Below are positions 1-12,764 of a stretch of DNA of 64,000 nucleotides, in pieces. The stretch is from positions 51,400,001 through 51,464,000 of the forward strand of contig NC_087436.1 in assembly GCF_036321535.1 (NCBI RefSeq), read 5' to 3'. The DNA is from Camelus dromedarius (lineage: Eukaryota). The notes under the pieces were generated by a model. The model saw nothing but the letters and a program-made list of their open reading frames with translations, was not told the origin of the DNA and ran no database searches. The position numbers and the translations under genes are program-made. Positions within the stretch are counted from its first letter, which is position 1, and every line of letters starts with the position of its first letter.

Positions 1-739
1 CCCAATTACTTTTCTCTGGTCAAATAAGCTGTCCAGATATGAATTTCTATTTCATAAAATACTTAACACATGCTAATCCAGATGCTAGGTATCATATCTT
101 AGGGATTATATTTCTTCATCCTTAAATTAACTTATTCTTTTTCAAACTTGCCCATGAGCTCAATGTTGTTTTTTTTCTTCTTTTCCTTTCACTTTTAAAG
201 AGATAAATACAAACCACAGAAAGATGGGCTTTTATATAATGAGTTAACAAATCTTTACCGCCATCTACAACTGCAGTTTGATGAGACATTTTCTTTAGCC
301 AATGTAATGCAGCGTGATTCAGGTGGCCCCATGTTATCCTTTTGTGAATCAGAGCTGCACTAACTAAAAATGTGTGGGCCAGATGTACTAAAGATAAAAA
401 TACAGTTAAGAAGCCAATTTAAATAGATCATATGTTATGGAAAGATTACCTGTCAGAAAGATCAGGAAAAAAACTGAATTTAAAATTATGACATCCTACA
501 CAGAACCACCTCTTTATATGTGACTGGGCAAAGAATTCCATTTCACATCTAATGTCCACGTCTAATATGATAAAACCCATACAAGAAAGCACAGGAGATT
601 TTCAACCACATAAGTGTTCTGCATCCTGGATAGAATAATCTAGATTATTGGATTTTAGGAGGTTGAGACCAAAGATAACTTTAAGATGAGGAACAGTGTC
701 AGACAGTGTAGTGATCTTGGCTGTAGATGCCTATTAAAT

Positions 740-875
740 TCATGTGGGGAGCTTTCAAAAACTACCTATTCCCAGGTCCCACCCAAGACCAACGAATTAG
801 AATATTTAGAGGTGAAACCTAGCCAACAGCATTTACTAACTGCTCTGCTGAGGATTCCACTGTGCATCCAGGAGG
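740..875. mobile_element. MER5-like hAT-Charlie MITE fragment
   Basis: 'ctttcaaaaactacctattcccaggtcccacccaagaccaacgaattagaat...gattccactgtgcatccagg' resembles the recalled MER5 core. Confidence 0.6.
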
Positions 876-887
876 GAGGCCCACGAG

Positions 888-1030
888 GATGGTGATTACA
901 AGCACAGATTTGGAGTGAGATGACCTAAATTCAAAGTGGTTCGTAACTGTTGACTATGAACAAGTTATTTGTTCTTTCTCAGAGCTAGTTTTCATCTATA
1001 AATCAAGTACCTACTACTTTGGTTGTTTCA
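888..1030 (+). mobile_element. MIR SINE fragment
   Basis: 'tggtgattacaagcacagatttggagtgaga...caagttattt...ttttcatctataaat' follows MIR head and core order. Confidence 0.6.
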
Positions 1031-1256
1031 AGATGAGCTAATTCTTGTCATAGATGAACAAAAAATATTGAGCAATGGGGGAAAAGCCACCCCATGTGCA
1101 GGTGCAATGTGACAGCATGTGCCAAATTCTGAAACTGCAGTTTAGTTCCTGTACCCCAATTTCTGACAGCATTCCAAATTTTCACGGTCATATCACTTTT
1201 TAAATTAGAATTTTACATTCTTCTTTAGAGGCAGTGCTGTGCCTTCTTGAAGCAAC

Positions 1257-1508
1257 AGAGCAATGTGGTTAGGAGCATGAACTCAGGAGCCAACAACTAA
1301 GTTCAAATCCTGTCTGCACCTTCTATTAGTCCGTGATATTGGTCAAAACTTAACTTCCCTGTCCTTCGATTTGCTCATCTGTAAAATGGGCTACTAATAG
1401 CACCTGCCTCAGAGGAATGCTGTGATGAATAAATGCATTAGTATACACAATAAAGACAGCATTTAGTATGTTCACAGCATGTTATAAAGTACTCAATAAA
1501 TGTTACCT
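1257..1508 (+). mobile_element. Near full-length MIR
   Basis: B-box-like 'gttcaaatcc', core 'ctcatctgtaaaatggg', 3' end 'aagtactcaataaatgtt'. Confidence 0.85.
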
Positions 1509-2867
1509 CCCATGATGACGATGCTGACAATATTAGTCGTGAACTCCTTTACTGATGTTTCAACCAAAGGTGTCTATTTACCATACGCGGCAAAATCTAG
1601 CACTGTGCTAATCAGATCTTTCCATTGTTCTTAGCTATTCTCCGACACCACGTCCCCTAGAATAAAGTGTGGGGAATTAGGTTCACATCTCTCTTTATCT
1701 GCCAGCTCACAGAATTTTTGGAAGTGATAGTTCAAATCCATAACCACTTCTTAAAAATGCTCTAAAAGATCATGTTCAAATGTTGGTTAATAAGTGGTAC
1801 CTTCTCTTCATATGCATTTATTCTATGAATGTGTCTGGGTCACATATCATATGGTTATATGTGGTCATGCTGATGTTGACGGTAAGGGGAAAAAATTAAG
1901 AGAAATTCCTAAATTACTGCTACCTTGCAGTGCTCATATGAAAGCTTCTTTGGGGGGTTAATAAAATCTATTTAATGACATCTTTTGAGATTTTGAGTAA
2001 AGAGACATTTGATATTCTCCAATAGTGTTGAATATCATATTTTAGCATTTTATGTTATTCTTTTTACACTTTAAATACAAATTTAAGATTTTTAAAAATG
2101 CTGTACCAGAGAAACATTATGGAATTCATGAATTCACTATTTGTTTCCTGACTGCAACTATTAGATAGTGTTTCCTCACAACCAAAATGCCTACAGAGGG
2201 TGCACATCATAGTGTCAGTGGCTGGGACCACAATTAGCAGCTGATGTAAGTGTTTACAACTAAAGCTGTAGAGGTACTTGTTGTAAGGGGTTCATTATAA
2301 TGTATCTCATATCTGACAAAAGGCACGTAATAATCTTTTATTGCTTTCCAGGCTTTGGGGGCTTTAATTTTTCTAAAGCCAAACAAGATCTTTTCACATT
2401 ATTTTCACTTGACCCTTCATGTGCCGAAAGATACACTTTCTGAAATAAATACTGTTATGAGCTACTGAAAACACCTCAAGGCAAAACAGGCAACTTATTA
2501 AGCATGACTTTACGAGCCTTCACGAATTGCATCTTGTGGAAGCCAAACAAAATCCTTATATCTGTCACTGCGTTTTTCTTAATACTTCACAGCTGCCATC
2601 CAAAAAAATGCTTCTACTGAAGCTTCTAGCAATGGCTGGTCTATGAAAGAGAATTAATGCAGAAAGAGTGGATAGAGAATTGTATTTCCACGGGATTGCA
2701 CGTGCAGGTGTCAGGAGCTTCAGTCACATCCTTTCTCCTTCATGTGCCAAGTTCACTATCTACGGAAGAGAGTGCCACCAACCTATTTTTTTTAACAGAT
2801 GTCTCAGTGGCTAACCTGAGAGCTAGCATCTGTGCTGGTGAATTTTTGGCCCTATACGTTGGAAGCA

Positions 2868-3055
2868 GTATCTATTCAACAAATAAACTGAGTGCCTACT
2901 ATGTGCCAGGCAGTAGTCTGAGTAACAAAGATACAGCAGTAAATGAAATATTATAATGTTCCCGCTTCTGTGGAAATTTATTCAAGCAGAGGCCAGACAA
3001 ATAATAAACAAATAAATATATAAGTATTTTTAAAAAGGGACAGAGGTAGTGTCAG
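2868..3055 (-). mobile_element. L2 3' end
   Basis: 'tattcaacaaataaactgagtgcctactatgtgccaggca...gatacagcagtaaatgaaa' is the typical antisense L2 terminus. Confidence 0.8.
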
Positions 3056-3084
3056 AGTGGGATTGTTATTTACGTAGCTCAAAT

Positions 3085-3255
3085 ACTTCATATATATGTA
3101 TATATGTGACCATGAGCATATATATTTGAATATGAAATATATACTTGAATATGAAATATATACACATTAATACAAAAGCATATATGTGTATATACCTGAC
3201 AATGAAGATATACACATAAGTGCACATTTCTATGTGTGTGTCTGCACATACATAT
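3085..3255. repeat. (TA)/(CA)-rich low-complexity tract with a 19-bp tandem duplication
   Basis: 'ttgaatatgaaatatatac' occurs twice (3126-3144, 3145-3163) within TATA-rich sequence. Confidence 0.85.
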
Positions 3256-3269
3256 TCCTCCATTTTTCC

Positions 3270-3776
3270 CATTTCACATGCTCTTGCAGGACCTTGCGAC
3301 TCGCCGAGTGTTTATATTTTCTCTCCTGAAAAAGGGGGTGGGCCTTTGTGACTTCCTCGAGGGAACAGTGGCACAGAAGTGCCTCTGTGTGACTTCTGAA
3401 GCTGGGCCATGAAAGTGCCCCCGCTCCTGCCTGGCCTTCTCTGAGGATGTTCACGCATAAACCCAGTGACCAGGCTACGAGGTAATCTGGGAAACGTGGA
3501 GATCCTCACCCCCGTGGAGAGGAACAGACCTCAGTTCATACCCCCAGCTGAGCTCTCAGTCCAGAGTGCCAATTGCCAGACGTGTGAGTGAGCCTTTTTT
3601 CAAAGCGTTTACTCCAACCCTCTTTTAAGCTATTCTAACTGAAGTCATTTATAGTGAAGATGAACTTTCCCTACTGAGCCTTGCCCAAATGGCAGACTTA
3701 CGAGCAAAATCAATCATCGTTATGGTCTTAATCAAGTTTTGGGCTAGTTTGTTACGCAACAATGTATAGCCAGGAC
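3270..3776 (+). mobile_element. MaLR solo LTR (MLT1F/G/H-like)
   Basis: 'gtgacttctgaagctgggccatgaaag', 'gccagacgtgtgagtgagcc', 'gagccttgcccaaatggcagact', end 'ttttgggctagtttgttacgcaacaatg...ggaca'. Confidence 0.8.
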
Positions 3777-4194
3777 AATACATACACAAACGCATAACTG
3801 GTCAACTGTGTCCCTTCCAATTTTTAGGACGAGATGGCAAATAAAACAACTTGAAAATAACTTGGGTAACAAGAAAGGGCCCACTGCTCTGCCCACCTCA
3901 GCTAATAAAAGAAAGAGCATGGCCAGTGTTAGCAGGGTTACACCCTATGGTTGAATTCTGAAGGAAGGTCTGAACACTTTCCCTGAAACTGCTGTGAGTG
4001 TCGTGTTCATGTTTGCCCAGTGAGATACTGAACCTAAGGTCAAGGATTGTGTACTGAAGTTAGGGATGTATAACCTTGAACATTTAACCTTTAAGAGTCT
4101 CTTCATGTGTATGTGTGTGTGTGTCTACATATATATTGTAAAAATATGTATTTGGACTAATATTGTCTATCACATAAGATTGCAAGGTTGACAA

Positions 4195-4452
4195 CAGTTA
4201 TAAGAAATGCTAATATTTCTGAATCTATATTATGTGGTAGGCACTGTACTATGTGGTTTTCATACGTCATCACTTGTAGCCTTAAAATCGTTCAGTTTCT
4301 TAGGTACTATTTTTACCTCCTTTTTTTCATAGAGGAAGAAATCAAGTTGCTGAGAGATTAAGTAACCAGCCCAAGATCAAATGTTAAGTACTGGAATGGG
4401 ATTTAGAAACTAAGTCTTTTGGCTAGCAGAGTCAGGTCTCTTAACCACTGCG
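4195..4452 (-). mobile_element. MIR
   Basis: 'tatgtggtaggcactgtactatg...gagagattaagtaaccagcccaagatca...cttaaccactg'. Confidence 0.8.
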
Positions 4453-5619
4453 TGGCTTATCAAGTAAGATCATATGCATGAAAGATGTAAAGTTCTGAAC
4501 AAAGAAGCAGGATAGGACTGTCCATATGGAAAAAGCAGAAGTGCAACAGGAAATGAATTGAGAAAGGATTTTGGAAAGGTTGAATGCTGCTGGCATTGCC
4601 CACATCTTTATAAGATGTGAAGCCAAAAAAAAAAGGAGGAGTTGGGAGATCGGCAGCCCAAATGCCATATTTCTGCTCTGAAGAGCAGGACTTCAGAGAG
4701 ATGGGCTGGAGAGCAAACAAAGGAATTAAGCAAGGGGCTCTTCTCTTGATGTCCTGTATTCATCACTCAGATAACAGCATTCAGCTTCCAAACGCTGCTT
4801 CCAGAGCTCTGTGGTAGACTCAGGCAGTGGCGCCCTGTCACTTGGTTTGATTTCATGAGGAATGCGTCCCAGTTTTTATCCCAGCCGGCTCCCCTTTTAC
4901 CCTCCCAGGTCCTGGCTTCTGAGCTACTCCGGCCACAGTTCTTCTGTTTATGATCTTTAATTCTTTATAGTCTGTCCCCTCCTCCCTGGAGACTGACAGT
5001 GATCACCTGTGGTTGACTGCCATCCACACTCTGACCTAGCATTCTTTCTTTTGCTATGGTTTCTTAAAGCCTGTTCTCTCACCTTGCACCTCCATACTAT
5101 CAGAAGCCTTTAAGAGAGGAAGGGATGACAAAGGAAAAACCCTGGGTTTCTTTTAAGGGACTTCACTACACATTGTCCAAGATCTCTCCATCTTGGACAG
5201 ATTATGTGACCTCTCCTTTGTCTGTGCCTAGGGGATGCATATGCTGCCTTATTCACACAGACTTCAGGGTTGCTCCTTTGATATCTAGAAGTCAGCCTGT
5301 GCTCACACACCCCTTGACTCCTGTGTGCCTTTGTTTGGTGTCCTTCATGGGCTTTGCATTCCACCTACTGGTTTTGGTCTTTCTGTTCCAGCATCAACTG
5401 CAGACATCTACTGGGACAGCTCAGAAGGTCATTTAGGGCTTAGTCTGACATTTTGGAACAAGACTCTTCTCCAACCACCCTGGTCCACAAACATTTATAC
5501 ACACAACATAGTGCAGGGCCTTATAAACAGTATCTTCAGTGGCTGCCCCCCTGGTATGGTCCAGTCCATTTGCACAGGGCAGAAACATGGACATTGTGCT
5601 TGCTGTTTCCGACTTTCTC

Positions 5620-6540
5620 TTTCACTGCCAAATCCTTCAAACACTCAATCAGAAAATCCTGTTAATTTTACTGCCTAAATATCTACAAAATTTATCACTT
5701 TTTTTTTTACCATCACCATAATTATAGCCAGAAGCAACCTCATTGTTTACCTGAATTATTGCAACACATGTATCTGTTCCTCTTCGCCATTTCCCTGACC
5801 CACAGTAATCCATACTAAAGAAAGAGCGAGTCTCGTCAAATGAATATTTATGACACTCTCCTACCCTCTTACTTGAGACCCTTCTAGGTTCTTCAATAGC
5901 CTTGGGATAAAGAAGAGAACTTACATCGCTTATAAGGAAGGCCATATGTCTTGGCTTGCCTGGAACAGTTCCAATCTGTTGAAATTCCCAGTTCATTTAT
6001 TTATGGCATAATTATTAATATCATCTCATACACTTTCAAAAGTGTACTAGTTTGGATAATACATTCTATGATTACCCAATTTGTAAAGTCGTTCATTAAT
6101 CCAGGCTTATCTCTATTTCTACTTGTCTAAGCCTCAGATTACAGGAGTAATTTCCCTAAAAATACTATTCCTTCTTTCACTTTTGGGTCCCTGTACATTC
6201 TACTCCCTCTATATAAATGGCCTGTCTCGCTTATTTTGTCTGTCTGACTCCTATTTATTCTTCAGGTGTCTCAGGAAATTAAAAAACCTTTTCTTCTTCA
6301 CCGAGACAGATATTAAGTCTCCTTTGGGTCCCACAACAGTCCTTATTCAGTTTTACAGCAGCCCTTGTTCTGTGCGGTAGTTGTTTATGTATCTGTTGAT
6401 TTCACACACGGAAGTGTAAACTGCTTAACGTTAACATAACATCATGCTCACTGTTGTGTCCCAGAGCACAATCCCTAATACACAGTAGGTTTTTGACAGA
6501 TATTTCCTAAATGACTAAATAATAAATAAATGAACAAATA
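5620..6540 (+). mobile_element. L2 (body plus 3' end), interrupted by a MITE
   Basis: L2-type 'aaatcctgttaattttactgcctaaatatct', 'cctgaattattgcaac'; 3' end 'cacagtaggtttttgacagatatttcctaaatgactaaat'. Confidence 0.65.
5936..6078. mobile_element. MER94-like hAT-Blackjack MITE
   Basis: 'ggccatatgtcttggcttgcctggaacagttcc...ataattattaata...tcaaaagtgtactagttttggataat...atgattaccc' matches the recalled MER94 layout. Confidence 0.7.
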
Positions 6541-7099
6541 TAAACTCTAGTAAAGAAGAGTTATTTTGGAAGAATTCATATATGTCCAAGGAGTTTAAAA
6601 ATTGAAGCATCAATGCTTCACTGATATCTATCTTCTCTGAAAGAGGGGGAGCTCAACTTGAACTAGATAAGATTTCGTTCCTTTCCAAATCTGGAATACA
6701 ATGTATTCACAGTCTTTTGTGTTAACTTCATTAGGAAACTTCAGCCTTGGCAAGCCACTGCTGTGAATATTCTAAATGGGAACCAAAGAATTCCAAGATT
6801 CTTTCATGATGCAGTTCTTTTTAGTTGGTAAATGGAATAAGGATATTATTAGAAGTTGTTATTTTCTATTTGTCAATGGTAGACACAGTTAAATGATCCA
6901 TTTTGAGCTTCGCTTTAACTACAGAGAATATTTAGTGAGTGATTCATATACATTCTTGGAAGACTGTTATTTAAAACAAGATTATGTAAACCTCAAAATA
7001 CATGTGTAAGTAAGCTATCAAGAGCCTAGGTAATTTGTAGTAAGAACTTTCTGCCATTGGATGAATTTATTTATCAAAATATAAACACTGGTTTCTATA

Positions 7100-7580
7100 T
7101 TTTAAATGAATCTAACCTTAAAAGAAATACCTTTGCTTAGCAAATTAGGACTAGAAGGAAATGGTTATAAACTAATAAAAGATATCAACACTAATGAAAA
7201 CCCTATAGAAAACATCATAGTTAATTTTGAAATACAATGGCACAAACAAGTCTTCTTGCTATCACTGTTTCATTCAAGATTGTCTGGTGACCATAGCAAA
7301 ATAAGGCAAGAAAAAGGAAAAAAAAAAAAAAACTGAGCTTACTAAGAATGCTTAGAACATTACTGGACAAAAATTGATATTAAAATCAATTGCATTTCTA
7401 TATGTCATTGATAAAGAATTAGAAAACAAAAAAATTTAAAGACATCATTTAAATGCCATCAAAATATCAAGTATTTAGAAATAAATAGAAGAGAACATGT
7501 GCAAGAACTTTATGGTAAAAACTATAAATCTTTATTTAAAAATATCATAAAGCTCTGAGTAATGTAGACATGCAACATAT
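7100..7580 (+). mobile_element. Ancient L1 (L1M-type) ORF2 fragment
   Basis: ORF 7106-7336 'LSKLGLEGN..LIKDI...IENIIVN' resembles L1 ORF2; downstream 'aaatcaattgcatttctatat', 'aaaactataaatctttatt'. Confidence 0.75.
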
Positions 7581-7581
7581 G

Positions 7582-7740
7582 CTATTGATTAATTACACGA
7601 GTGGCCCCATTTCTTCACTCCATGTTATACTGAAGCTCTTTTCAACTTATTCTGCAGTTCCTCTCACTATAGAGGTGATGTCTGTTTCACCACTAATTAA
7701 TACTAAGTTGAGGAGTGTGATTTGTTGTGAGCAATGATTT
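7582..7740 (+). mobile_element. 5' part of an older MLT1 LTR
   Basis: 'ttacacgagtggccccatttcttcactcc...ctgcagttcctctcactatagaggtg...gtgatttgttgtgagcaatga'. Confidence 0.5.
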
Positions 7741-7741
7741 A

Positions 7742-8230
7742 TGTAGTAGGTTGATCACTGGTTTCCCAATGATCTCCACGCCCTAATCCCCAGAACTTGT
7801 AAATATTGTTACCTTTTATGGCAAAAAGAACTTTGCAGATGTGATTACATTAGACATATTGAGATGAAGCAGTTATCCTAGATTATCTGGGTGGGCAGAT
7901 GTAATCAAAAAGGTCCTTGTAAGAGGGAAAGTGATCTTAAGGTGGAAGCAGAGAAAGAATTGAAATGCTGCACTCCTGGCTTGAAGATGGAGAAAGGGGC
8001 CATGAGCCAAGAAAAGCAAAGGTGGAGGAAGTTTTTTGAAGCTGGAAAAAGCAAGGAAACAGATCCTCCTCTAGCACCTACAGAAAAAAACCAGCCCTGT
8101 CAAAATCTTGATGTTAGCCCAGTGAAATTTCAGACTTCTGCCCTCCAGAACAATAAGAAGATAAACCTGTGTTGTTTTAAACCACCAAGTTTATGGTAAT
8201 TTGTCATAGCATCCATAGGAAGTGAACCGA
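7742..8230 (+). mobile_element. MaLR solo LTR (MLT1C/D-like)
   Basis: Starts TG; 'ctaatccccagaacttgtaaatat...ggcaaaaagaactttgcagatgtgatta...gttgttttaaaccaccaagtttatggtaatttgtcatagca'. Confidence 0.9.
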
Positions 8231-8399
8231 GTGTATAAGCAGACTGACATATTCAGAGGCCTGAAAAAGTGCATGTCTGCCAAGCGCTGTGATGTGACGT
8301 TCTGCTTAGTCAGTTAGAGAGCTTTACAAAAAGTAGTTTATCAAAACAGCTCTAAACTGGAAGTCAAGACTTTTGATATTGAGAGTGTTCCACTGAGTG

Positions 8400-8930
8400 T
8401 CCAGTAAAACTGCTGAATAAAAATCTAAATCATGGCATTTCCCAGTAAAATTTGGGACAACACTGGAAACAAGAAGACAATAGGGCAATGCCTTAAACTT
8501 TCTAGGAGAAAATGATTTCCAAACTAGATTTTTGTATCCAGCCAAGTTACTAAGTAAGGGTGAGCTTGAAATATATTTTTGGCTCTACTAGATTGCCAAA
8601 AATATTGTCTGTTCCATGCATGATTTCTCAGGATGTTATAACTGTGCTCTTCAAATACACAAGGAAACAGGTAAATTCTCACATTCTGTAGTAACAAATC
8701 AATAGACGATACCTAGTTATCAAGAGCTAATGATATACTATGTTTATTTAGAAATGTGGAAGCAGATGTGAAAATGAATAGCTCAAAGCAATGAACGTGG
8801 TGCCTCTGGGGCATGACAGTTGAACCGGCGGAATGCACAACATCTATTTTTTTGTTACAAACCTTGTAGGACTATTTGGTTTTTCAACTGTATACATATA
8901 ACACTTTCATACAGTAAGATAATTTAAAAA
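8400..8930 (+). mobile_element. HAL1 (half-L1) / L1 ORF1 C-terminal fossil
   Basis: Translation TLETRRQ*GNAL... and ENDFQTRFLYPAKL (from 8508) resembles the L1 ORF1p C-terminus; it is followed by a HAL1-like 3' end with no ORF2. Confidence 0.65.
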
Positions 8931-9649
8931 TTTTTGCTTCTTTAGTTTCACTAAAGTTATGAAATCAAGGGAATTTAGAAACATCAGAAGATATCCCTTT
9001 TCTGGGAACGAGAAAGATATAATTTGCTGGTGATATAATGGAGAAAATAAGGAGATACAAGTTCTGCGCTTTGCCAACAACGAGCTGGGTGTTTTTCCTC
9101 ATCTACAAAAATGAGGGAGTTGGACTAATTGATCTCTAAGGCCTCTATCAGCTGTAAACATGCTGGTTCTCTGATTCCATTGTCATGCGTGGTGCACAAC
9201 AGTATGTAGCTCACATCCTTTTTTTTAAAAAAATTTTTTATTGATTTGAAGCATTTAAAAAATCATAGATTCTACCAATTAATTAAGAAAACAAATAATT
9301 GCTAACAGGCAGATGGTGAAATTCTTGCAAAGGACAAAGTAGAGGAGGCAGGATAATGTACAACTCTGTCCAAAAGCAAGCGGTTCCATTAGGCGTGAAT
9401 CCCAGCTGGTACAGAAACCCCTCAGATGTTTCCTTCTGTTGGGAACAGTACGTGAACTACAGTAAGCATTTCTGCAGCATATGTCACAACAGCCCCTAGA
9501 CCCTACACATTCTACAGGGCAAACTAAAATCAAGTAACTCAGTCTTTCACTGGAATTTAACAAAACTGAAATATCCTCCTTTTTAAAATCTTTTTGAAAG
9601 AGATTTTCTTTCATACTTATTTATCCATGACTTTGAATCCAAAAGTGAG

Positions 9650-9810
9650 CCACAAAGTATTAAAGCTGGAGGAGACCTTAGTCCAACCTTTCCATCTCAC
9701 AGATAAAGAAACCAGGGGCCTTGGATGTGTAAGTGCTGTGCTCCAGGTCACACGCACCGTGATCAGCAGCACTGCCAGCATCAGGGTCCCGGACTTCATG
9801 GCACCATGTT
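9650..9810 (-). mobile_element. MIR/MIR3 fragment
   Basis: 'aagctggaggagaccttagtccaacctttccatctcacagataaagaaacc...aggtcacac'. Confidence 0.65.
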
Positions 9811-11571
9811 GGTAAAGACAAAACTACCTGATACAACCAGCGTGAGCTTGTTATTAAAATTAAAGTAAAATAAATTGGGAGAAATAGAGTAAAGAGAAAA
9901 AATGTAAGCTTCAAATGGTGGATCTGCTAGAAAACAGAACCCCGGAGGCATTTAACCAAAAGCTTTACAGCATCTACTGGGCTGCACCAGCTTTTTAATT
10001 TGGCAGAAAAAAAAAGAACCCTTGTAATCAAACACCCTGCCTAGGACTCTGGGCTATAATAAATTAATGAAGTGAGTTTCTCCTCTCTATTAGATTATCA
10101 GTAGCTACCATCTTCCAAGACAAGAGATAATAAAACACCATACCATAAAATGCTCTATCAGCAAGTGTTTCTTTAGTGCCAAGTAATTATTAATGTTAGG
10201 AAGGAAATACGCTGGATCAGCCTTGGCAGTGCATTTGAAAACCTCAGGCCCTGAAGCGTCTACGGCCCCATGCCCGGGGTTACCACACTCCCTCCCTCAG
10301 CTGTGCTGCTTCCTTCCTAGGGCTTTCCGTAACAGAGGACTCCAGGGGCAGAAACCTGGAAGGGCTCTAGATTCACTAGGCTAGTAATTCAAGAAGGAAT
10401 AAAGTCAATTGTCTTTCAGAAACCATGGCTGCTGCTGCTGGGGAAAGCCTAACCAGAAAGCATTAGGAGACGATCTAAGTATTTCCCCAACTGTTTTAGG
10501 GCTCTTGTCTGTCCTGCTTCAGAGCTACTTCCGTATTCTTTCAAACTCAGAGCGTCCAGAAGTGTGTACTACTTACATGGGCAGATCTTTTGCAGAATCA
10601 ATGACTAGATTGTCAGATAACAGAGTCCATGAAAACTGTGATCTAGAAAGGTGGAAAATCATCTACCGACTCCATGAAAACTGTGCCTTTGCGAGTGGTT
10701 CAGGTTAGCTGTCGAGGGGAACAAACACTTACTGAGGGGACCCCTCCATACAGATTTCAGCTGACCGTAGCGTGATCAACCTGTGTCCAGACTTTACCAC
10801 TGCAATCTTGAATCTCAGAGCACACCTCATTTCCAGGCAAACTGGGGTGACTGGTCCCCTAGTGTTGTTATTTCTTTAAATACCATTGTTTAGGTATCCA
10901 AGTATTTGGGGAAAATCACAGGATTATACTTTGCCATAAAATTTTAAAAAATTATTGAATCTTAAGTAATTGGCATTTACTTCCATATCTTTTGTCATCT
11001 AGCAGGTCATTCTGCATATGTTTCGGACTTTGGGAAATGTACTGTGGTGCTCCTTATTTGCAATTTAAATGTTTCACCAGAAGCCAGGTGGGGAAGAGTG
11101 ATGTGCAGAATGAGTCATCCTCAAAAGAGATATGTAAAAAGGAAACCAAATCCTGAACATTGCTGCTAGGCTCTGTCCTAATACAGTTTCCCTGAACTGC
11201 TATGCCGATCATACATACATCTTTACACACAAGCTCTATAAAAAGACTAATTGATAAAAACTTTGAATTTAAAATCAAGAAATCTAAGATAATCTTGGTT
11301 GAACAAAAGAAATACTTGTACCTATATTTCCTATGTCATCATTTTGTAATTTTGCTGGGAGGAAGGATTTACCAACAAATATCTACATTATTTTTTAATC
11401 CTTTTTTCAGTTACAGTTGGTTTGCTTAGCAAGAGCCCATGCATGTGATCATCAATATATGATTCCAAAATCTTTTTTGTTGCCTTGTAGGGGTTTTTTT
11501 TGTTTGTTTTGTTTTTTTGGTCATTGTTTATTGTTTGTTTTCTCATTGAACAAAATAAAATGATAAGATGG

Positions 11572-11710
11572 CAACATGGTACAGTAAGAAAAGCATGTGA
11601 TTGAAGTAAGACCTGAGTTCAGTTCCTCTCTTGACCATTTACCAGCATATAATTTTGAACAAGCCCCTAAACATCTCTAAGCCTCCAATTTTTCATCTGT
11701 AAATTGAAGG
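11572..11710 (+). mobile_element. MIR fragment
   Basis: 'agacctgagttcagttcc...tctctaagcctccaatttttcatctgtaaa'. Confidence 0.75.
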
Positions 11711-12514
11711 ATTTCAACCATACGCACTGAAAGCATTGCTATATCCTGTGTATCTGCATGAACCAAGACACAGTAGAAAAGGGTCTTGTTCATTTGCTCT
11801 CAGACTTCAGAAAGAATTTTGCACACTCATAGGTGTTGGTGAGGATTCTACGGCAACCTAATGTCTGTACCACCTTTAAAGACTGGGCCTGTTAAAGAGA
11901 AACGGCTGACACAACGAGACACACACGTGCACACTCACAAATGCATTGCCTTTGTTTAAATTTGAGAAGTTCTATTTGGTAAGGTTTTTTTCCCTTTCTT
12001 TTCTCCAGGTATACATGGAGCTGGTTTATGCAAAGCACATGTGGAATGCTTGGAGAGTCTCAAGAGGCCTAATAGCGCGGTTGAAGCTTGTATGAGTTAG
12101 AGTTTCTCACGGTCACTTGTCCACGGGCCAATAAAGCCATTTCCTGGGCTCATTTTTTAAAACAGTACCAAGAACATCTACTCATGTGGGATATGGAGGG
12201 AGACACTTTCAGCTTCTTTCTCTGTCTCTCTTTAACCCTTAGACATGAGATCTAAAAATGTACAAGGTAAAAAACAATCAAAACAAAACAAAAATTAAAA
12301 AAAAAAACAATTTATGCAACGAGGAAACTAAAGAGCTCGTTTGGGACACTGTGCATTGGCATGCTTGCTGGCGGTCTTGAAAGTCATTCGTATTTTCAAC
12401 TGTAAGCGGCCACAGTTGCAAAATCGGTTGTAATCACTCACTCTAGATTCATTTTCTTTCAAGAGGCAAATGAGTAGGTTGCCACAGACACAAGCCTAAG
12501 AAAAGCAGGATGGC

Positions 12515-12750
12515 AAAAGGCTAAGGAGATGGGCTTTGGAGTCTAGGGAGCAGGGTTCAAATCCCAGCTGAGACCCTTGTGAGTTGGTAGGCTTTGGCAA
12601 GTTACAACACTATCCTAAGCCTTCATTTCCCCACATACAAAATGAGAATGTTGTTCACCTAACAGTTCTAATAAAGACTAACAGCCTTATACATGGAAAC
12701 TCCCAGCATGATACCTTGTATTAAGTGTTCAGTACACGGAAGTCATTATT
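12515..12750 (+). mobile_element. MIR
   Basis: 'gggctttggagtc...gggttcaaatcccagct...ggcaagttac...aagccttcatttcccca'. Confidence 0.8.
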
Positions 12751-12764
12751 AAGAAAGAATTTTT

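Noticed and set aside
7891..8199. 102-aa ORF
   Set aside because: Lies entirely within an MLT1 LTR.
10626..10685. Repeat-spacer-repeat resembling a mini CRISPR
   Set aside because: Only two 15-bp copies, no cas genes, eukaryotic context.
11985..12095. Strong plus-strand splice acceptor at 12007-12008
   Set aside because: No good donor follows, all three frames stop within about 90 nt, and no peptide is recognisable.
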